Sequence record: SRR31156797_2835
Length of the DNA: 22,877 nucleotides
Strand: one strand, 5' to 3'
Position numbers and translations under genes: made by a program. Shown here piece after piece: positions 17,707 through 22,877 of the stretch (position 1 is the stretch's first letter; every line of letters starts with the position of its first letter). The notes under the pieces are model-generated. The model did not search any database. It saw nothing but the letters and a program-made list of their open reading frames with translations, and had not been told where the DNA came from.

Positions 17707-18698
17707 AGGACACTATCTATATTGAGCAAATTCGCTTGCTTCTGCCTATTGGGTTTGACGAACTCAATGCTTAAAGCAATCAATTCTTCTTTTGTTAAAG
17801 GATCAGATATCTTTTTACCAACATATTCGATTACTTTGATTACGCGCCACTTAGGACTTAAGTGGTTATTGTGAATCATTTGAACATCAGCAATATCATC
17901 AGTTGCAAGCTTCATATGATTTTTAATTGCCAAATATTTAAAATCCTCATCATCAATTCCGAAAACGACCTCTCCGACGTTCATTTCTGAAGAAATAAAA
18001 ACACAACTCCATTTTCGCTTACTTTTCTCTCTTAAACTAACAGGAGACAATATCTTTATTTTCCCTTGATAATAACCAACGTTAACTAAACTTCCATCCT
18101 CTTCTTCAACTTCTCCATAAAACAGTCCAAAGTCATTACGACTTATATACTTTTCACCATCATACGATATTTTTTTCACTCTTTCGTCATCTTTGATCGA
18201 TTCATATATGTCGTTTTTCCCTCGTTGAAGCTTTAAAAACTCCTCTTCACAACCTTCAACATCTACCTCTTTTTCTAGCTCTTCAGTTTCTGTTGATAGA
18301 TATTTGGTCATAGCTTCAATTATCTTGTTTATTTTATTATTTTTATCTATCAAATCAACTGTCTTATCAGCCACAAGGACTCCAACTTCATTCAAATCTT
18401 TACCCAAAATCCGCTTAACAAACTGATTCGTAAAACCTTGAAAGAATAAAGCCCCAGCAGGTAAAGCAGAACAAACAATCGTAAATATTGCTTGATAGCA
18501 TCCATCTTTAGGAACAATTAAAAAAACTTCAGCAGCATCCCCTCCACTTAGGCTGTCAAAAAAAACGACATCAGCCATTGCCTGCAAACCATTGGCAACA
18601 TTAGATAATGTTTTTGCTGATAGCATTTTTTGAGGAACATCAAAATGAATTTCAAGATATTCAAAAGGAAACTGATCAACTGAAATTGTATCTATCAT
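17703..18698 (-). CDS. Hypothetical protein, AT-rich, probably horizontally acquired
   Basis: 331-aa uninterrupted ORF in visibly AT-rich DNA. Its TAA overlaps the polA TAA in a shared TTAA (17703-17706). Confidence 0.8.
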   Translation of the reverse strand: MIDTISVDQFPFEYLEIHFDVPQKMLSAKTLSNVANGLQAMADVVFFDSLSGGDAAEVFLIVPKDGCYQAIFTIVCSALPAGALFFQGFTNQFVKRILGKDLNEVGVLVADKTVDLIDKNNKINKIIEAMTKYLSTETEELEKEVDVEGCEEEFLKLQRGKNDIYESIKDDERVKKISYDGEKYISRNDFGLFYGEVEEEDGSLVNVGYYQGKIKILSPVSLREKSKRKWSCVFISSEMNVGEVVFGIDDEDFKYLAIKNHMKLATDDIADVQMIHNNHLSPKWRVIKVIEYVGKKISDPLTKEELIALSIEFVKPNRQKQANLLNIDSVL

Positions 18699-18814
18699 TT
18701 TTAAACGCCATAGTTATGAGGTACAGATTCATATATTCAATATCGCATTACACTCACTTCTACTACAGATCAACTACAACCCCTCACTTTCAATAACACT
18801 ATACTAGCCATCAT

Positions 18815-19074
18815 CTCCCCAGCCTTAGAAGCTGACGGGGTGATGGAGCGGCTCTTCCGAACTTGGAGGGAGCGCAGCGAGTGACTGTTCGGGGAGCGGA
18901 ACCGGCCCGATCAGCTTCTTAGGCTGGGGAGTGCGGCGGCCAAGCTAGGAAGCCGAGTTTTTTTGGTTCTTTTTTGGGGCGGCCCAGCCAAAAAAGAACC
19001 CCGCCGGGAGGGCAAAAAGAAAGCTGGAGGAACGCCAGTGACGGCTCTCTGCCTTTAAAAAGCCAAAGGCTTTT
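18815..19074. repeat. GC-rich multi-hairpin intergenic element (REP/MITE-like repeat or structured ncRNA/ssDNA element)
   Basis: Stem CTCCCCAGCCT-T-AGAAGCTGA (18815-18835) / TCAGCTTCT-T-AGGCTGGGGAG (18911-18931) with a nested GCTCTTCCGAAC / GTTCGGGGAGC stem. Perfect 13-bp IR GGTTCTTTTTTGG (18965-18977) / CCAAAAAAGAACC (18988-19000). AAAAGCC-AAA-GGCTTTT at 19058-19074. Confidence 0.7.
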
Positions 19075-19139
19075 CTCTTCTCCCTTCCCCTCTTTCCCCC
19101 TCTTCCTCTCTTCCCTTCTCTTCTTTTCTTTTCTCTTTC
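19070..19139 (+). other. 70-nt uninterrupted polypyrimidine tract
   Basis: Only C or T occur on the + strand from 19070 to 19139. Confidence 0.9.
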
Positions 19140-19225
19140 ACAAAAAAACTTGAATAATCCCCCCCACTATTCAAAACTCCCCCAAACAAAACAAAAAATA
19201 AACACCCCCTGTAAGGGCACCCTGT

Positions 19226-19555
19226 ATGTTCAAACAAAAAATATGGCCCTTCATAGGCACCTCCGGCACGGAGTACCCCTTCACCATCCTCCCCAAAAGC
19301 GAGAAACTCCCGCGATCCGCAGGAGTATTCATCCTCGCCTACACCCACCCGCGCGGCCATATGGCAGGCTGGGAAATAACCCCAATACTCATAAACCACG
19401 CCGACAATATAGCCTCCACGCTCGATACCGAAACACAGCTCAACCACAATCAAACGGCTCTATGGAACTCCAATTTCGTCCTCTTGGAACCCTCTCAATC
19501 AGCCAGAGAAAAATGCGTACACGACCTTAAAATACTTGAATCAAAAGACGCTTGA
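19226..19555 (+). CDS. Small hypothetical protein with a degenerate GIY-YIG-like pattern
   Basis: 109 aa with TAAGGG upstream. The G-x-SG-x-x-Y-x-F ... LP-x-x-AGVFIL ... PILINHADNI ... AREKCVHDL layout resembles stand-alone GIY-YIG proteins. Confidence 0.65.
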   Translation: MFKQKIWPFIGTSGTEYPFTILPKSEKLPRSAGVFILAYTHPRGHMAGWEITPILINHADNIASTLDTETQLNHNQTALWNSNFVLLEPSQSAREKCVHDLKILESKDA

Positions 19556-19561
19556 CCGCCC

Positions 19562-19588
19562 AAAAAAAAGCCCTGATCAACAGGGCTT
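19562..19588 (-). terminator. Intrinsic terminator of the 19622..19828 gene
   Basis: AAGCCCTG-ATCAA-CAGGGCTT preceded by an A8 run, which is a U-tail on the minus strand. Confidence 0.75.
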
Positions 19589-19621
19589 GCCTTCACTGCT
19601 TCATAAACACCGCTCAAATCT

Positions 19622-19828
19622 TTACTTTCGATGACAACCATTACAACAATAATAGCACCCATCGACATTATCATAATGCTTCTTCGCTTCCCTCAACGCC
19701 CCCTTACAGGTTTCATGAACACCGAGATACACACGATTCTCAGGAGCCGGTAAATGTCCGCACGAAAACTCATGAACCTCGTGCTCACCTGTAGCCTGCT
19801 GATTCTTGTTCACATAATACTTCGGCAT
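19622..19828 (-). CDS. Small Cys/His-rich conserved hypothetical protein (putative metal-binding)
   Basis: 68 aa: YYVNKN...GEHEVH...C..LP...NR.YLG...C...AK..Y...GCYYCCNGCH. AAGGAG SD upstream and its own terminator. Confidence 0.8.
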   Translation of the reverse strand: MPKYYVNKNQQATGEHEVHEFSCGHLPAPENRVYLGVHETCKGALREAKKHYDNVDGCYYCCNGCHRK

Positions 19829-19930
19829 ACAATTCTCCTTTGAGTTATTTACTTAAACACGGAATATCATAAATTCTATATTGTTCAAAACAATAATTTT
19901 ACATCCAGCCCTCATCATTCCTTCTTCCAT

Positions 19931-19952
19931 AAAAAAACCGCCTCTTCGGCGG
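19931..19952 (-). terminator. Probable intrinsic terminator of the substrate-binding protein gene
   Basis: A7 run followed by CCGCC-TCTTC-GGCGG. Confidence 0.55.
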
Positions 19953-19991
19953 CATCTACACTCATCTTTGTCTCGACCAAAAGGCAGTCTC

Positions 19992-20810
19992 TTACAATCC
20001 CACCTTTACATACTTTCGCACCATCTCATCAATGACACCTTCTTCCTGCATCTCAACAATAATTCTATCGAATTCCTCCAACCGCTCCACAAAAAGCTCA
20101 CCCTTACGGACCAAAAGATGAAACGGCATTGATGCAACGACCGCCTCGGTCTGAACAATCTTGTCGCTCACTCCCTCACTGACAATATGCGCCCACGCCG
20201 CCCCCGGCCACTCGATGGCAATATCAGCCCGTTTATTTGCCAACATCCGCCAAACATTCTTCAATCGCGGGGTCTGATAGGTCTTGATCCCCCGCGCTTT
20301 AATATGCGTATCATTCCACCCATTCCCCACATAGGTCACAACGGATAAATCGAGCTGAAGGATATCATCTATAGAAGAGATAGCTTCAATTTCCCTTATT
20401 CTCGGGTGATCAACGGATGTAAAAACAGTCAAATACTTCATATAAAATGGATGCTTATGCGTTACTGTATACTCAAGGCGCTCCTTGGTCGGCACTGAAA
20501 TCATGGCACTGGCCTCGCCACATTGCACATTCACCTGACACCGCCCCCACGGATATTCATGCCACGAAGCCCTCATATCCATCCGTATAAAGGCTTCGGT
20601 AATGATGTCATAGAAAAAGCCTTCCATATTCCCGTCTTCATCACGCGAAAAAAAAGGCCAATAGTCTGGATAATCAATGTGAAGAGATGGGCGATGTGCC
20701 ACGGCTGTTGGTGACAAAAAAAACACAATGAACAACACTATAAGGCATTGGTATATTCTTTTTTTAGCGAACACGCTGAACGATAATGACGGGTCTGGCA
20801 TGATGTCCAA
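19992..20810 (-). CDS. Periplasmic substrate-binding protein (family 3, polar amino acid type)
   Basis: Signal-peptide-like hydrophobic stretch ending PTAVA, DYWPF...MEGFFYDII...YPWGRC...TKER, and C-terminal FDRIIVEMQEEG. Start position uncertain. Confidence 0.85.
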   Translation of the reverse strand: MDIMPDPSLSFSVFAKKRIYQCLIVLFIVFFLSPTAVAHRPSLHIDYPDYWPFFSRDEDGNMEGFFYDIITEAFIRMDMRASWHEYPWGRCQVNVQCGEASAMISVPTKERLEYTVTHKHPFYMKYLTVFTSVDHPRIREIEAISSIDDILQLDLSVVTYVGNGWNDTHIKARGIKTYQTPRLKNVWRMLANKRADIAIEWPGAAWAHIVSEGVSDKIVQTEAVVASMPFHLLVRKGELFVERLEEFDRIIVEMQEEGVIDEMVRKYVKVGL

Positions 20811-20875
20811 TTTACCATAATGAGACAGGCCGTCAACACGCTCTCATCAATAATAACGCTCACCCGATAAACCAC

Positions 20876-20907
20876 AAAAAAAAGGGTCGCCCATTTGGAC
20901 GACCCTT
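20876..20907 (-). terminator. Intrinsic terminator of the second RND gene
   Basis: AAGGGTCG (20882-20889) / CGACCCTT (20900-20907) with an inner CCA/TGG, preceded by an A-run. Confidence 0.8.
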
Positions 20908-20926
20908 GGTGTTTGGTATGAATCAA

Positions 20927-22877
20927 TTACTCATCCGACGCGGGCTTTTCCGGCGGTCGAGTTTTGCGAATCTTTCCGCTGAGCTTACCGCCGGCCCCCT
21001 GAATGGCCGTGTACAAGGCAGGTACAACGAGCACACCCAGAATTGTCGCCGCGAGCATGCCGCCGAAAACGGATGTTCCAAGTGCGTGACGACTGGAAGA
21101 GCCAGCACCTTCTGCCCATACAAGCGGAATAACACCGAGAATAAAGGCGAAGGATGTCATCAGAATAGGCCGGAAACGCAAGGCTGCGGCCGCCAATGCA
21201 GCATCTTTGACCGACATGCCTTCTTCATGTTTTTCCTTGGCATATTCAACGATCATAATGGCGTTTTTCGCCGCCAAGCCAATGAGCATAATCAGACCGA
21301 TCTGGGCATAAACGTTGTTGTCCAACCCGCGAATCCACTGGGATGCCATGGCACCGCAGATACCAAGCGGAACGCAGAGAATGACCGCAAACGGAGTGGC
21401 CCAGCTTTCATACTGAGCAGCCAACACGAGAAAAACCATGACGATAGCCAAAACAAAGACCAACGCGGTGTCACCACCGGCGGCTTTTTCCTGATAGGCG
21501 ATACCTGACCAGTCGTAACCGTAACCCTGCGGCAAATTGGCAAGGGCTGTCCGCTCAAGTGCGGCCATAGCCTGACCCGAACTGTAACCGGCGGCCGGAG
21601 ATATGGTCAGTTCAACCGTCCGATAGATGTTGTACCGCTGGACATATTCCGGCCCGACCATGCGGGTGGACGTACTCAAGGTGGACAAAGGAACCATGTC
21701 GCCCTTGGCCGAACGCATGTAGAACTGGTCCAGATCATCGATCTTGGTCCGGTACTTGGACTCAGCCTGAGCCATAACACGGTACGTACGACCATACTGG
21801 TTGAAATCGTTGATATAATAGCCGCCGAGGTACGTCTGTAACGTCTGGAAAACGTCACTGATCGGCACGCCGAGTTTCTTGACCTTGTCGCGATCGATTT
21901 CCACATTGAACTGCGGCACATGTGCCGAGAACGTGGTGAACACGTTGCTGATCTCAGGCAATTTACCGGCCTCGGCCATAAACGACGTTGCCACGGCAGA
22001 CAGCTCTTCGATGGAGCCACCGGTCTTGTCCTGCAACTCGAACTGCAAACCACCAGTGGAACTCAGTCCACGAATGGGCGGCGGGCCGAATCCGACAACG
22101 ATGGCTTCCTGAATGCCAAAGAACGCTTTTTGCGCCTTGGCCATGATGGCATCAGCCGTCAGTTCAGGCGTGGTCCGCTCGGACCAATCATCCAAAACCA
22201 CGAAGAATGCGGAGTTGTATGAAGAATATGCACCGGTCAACAGGCTGAACCCGCCAAGTGAAACCACACTCCGAACGCCTTCTGCGTCCTTGAGATAAGC
22301 CTCAACTTTTCGAGCAACTGCATCGGAACGCTCAAGAGACGCGCCCTCGGGCAACATTGAGTTAACAATGAAGTAACCCTGATCCTCATCCGGCACAAAA
22401 CCGGACGGCAGGATCTTGAACAACCCGCCACACGCGACAACAACGACACCCACAATAAGCAGGCCCATAACCGAGCGGCGAACCAACATGCCAACCCCAT
22501 TATTGTACCGTTTACTCACGGCATCAAATATGACGTTGAATTTATCGAAGAACCACCCCAGCGGCCCGCGAATGGGCTTGTATGGCCTGAGCAGCAAGGC
22601 TGACAGAGCCGGAGACAGGGTCAATGCGTTGATAGACGAAATAAATACGGACACAGACAAGGTCAGCGCAAACTGTTTATAGAGCTGGCCTGTGATTCCG
22701 CCCATGAAGGCGACCGGGATAAACACCGCAATAAGCACCAATGTACTCGCGATAACAGGCCCGGTGACCATGGTCATGGCCTTCTTTGTCGCTTCCTTGG
22801 GTGACATTCCATCTTCATCAATAAATCGCTGCGTTGCCTCAACCACGACAATGGCGTCATCAACAACAATACCGATG
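20927..22877 (-). CDS. Multidrug efflux RND permease (HAE1, AcrB/MexF-like), 5' part outside the window
   Basis: Frame is open to the window edge (IGIVVDDAIVVVE). Motifs NALTLSPAL, VPDEDQG, LAAQYESW, IGLAAKNAI and RFRPILMTS. Confidence 0.95.
   Translation of the reverse strand, partial: IGIVVDDAIVVVEATQRFIDEDGMSPKEATKKAMTMVTGPVIASTLVLIAVFIPVAFMGGITGQLYKQFALTLSVSVFISSINALTLSPALSALLLRPYKPIRGPLGWFFDKFNVIFDAVSKRYNNGVGMLVRRSVMGLLIVGVVVVACGGLFKILPSGFVPDEDQGYFIVNSMLPEGASLERSDAVARKVEAYLKDAEGVRSVVSLGGFSLLTGAYSSYNSAFFVVLDDWSERTTPELTADAIMAKAQKAFFGIQEAIVVGFGPPPIRGLSSTGGLQFELQDKTGGSIEELSAVATSFMAEAGKLPEISNVFTTFSAHVPQFNVEIDRDKVKKLGVPISDVFQTLQTYLGGYYINDFNQYGRTYRVMAQAESKYRTKIDDLDQFYMRSAKGDMVPLSTLSTSTRMVGPEYVQRYNIYRTVELTISPAAGYSSGQAMAALERTALANLPQGYGYDWSGIAYQEKAAGGDTALVFVLAIVMVFLVLAAQYESWATPFAVILCVPLGICGAMASQWIRGLDNNVYAQIGLIMLIGLAAKNAIMIVEYAKEKHEEGMSVKDAALAAAALRFRPILMTSFAFILGVIPLVWAEGAGSSSRHALGTSVFGGMLAATILGVLVVPALYTAIQGAGGKLSGKIRKTRPPEKPASDE

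Noticed and set aside
18815..19140. CRISPR array, tRNA or IS element
   Set aside because: No regularly spaced direct repeats, no cloverleaf, no transposase and no clear target-site duplication.
19055..19530. ORFs 19055..19453 (-) and 19150..19530 (+)
   Set aside because: Low-complexity products arising from the pyrimidine tract and strand skew. The 19226..19555 frame is better supported.
19552..19794. 80-aa + strand ORF
   Set aside because: Antisense to the Cys/His-rich gene and runs through its terminator.

Overview
This window looks like chromosomal DNA from a Desulfovibrionaceae-like deltaproteobacterium (an impression from gene content, not a database result). In order it carries: the 3' end of a SlyD-type FKBP PPIase; a class I/II PLP aminotransferase; a hypothetical gene with a sigma54-like promoter, divergent from a ComFB-family gene; an AT-rich orphan histidine kinase; and a MarR-MFP-RND efflux operon on the - strand. 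A + strand cluster follows, encoding an EndoQ(PHP)-UvrD helicase fusion, a CbiR-like phosphodiesterase, CobU/CobP, a DHH phosphoesterase and DNA polymerase I. An accessory patch (about 17.65-19.95 kb) lies directly after polA. It holds an AT-rich foreign-looking gene whose stop overlaps the polA stop, a ~260 bp multi-hairpin element resembling a ColE1-type primosome assembly site, a 70-nt pure pyrimidine tract, a degenerate GIY-YIG-like gene and a small Cys/His-rich gene. The patch sits in a zone of strong local C/A strand skew. The window ends with a periplasmic substrate-binding protein and the 3' part of a second RND permease. No rRNA, tRNA, CRISPR array, integrase or transposase was recognised.
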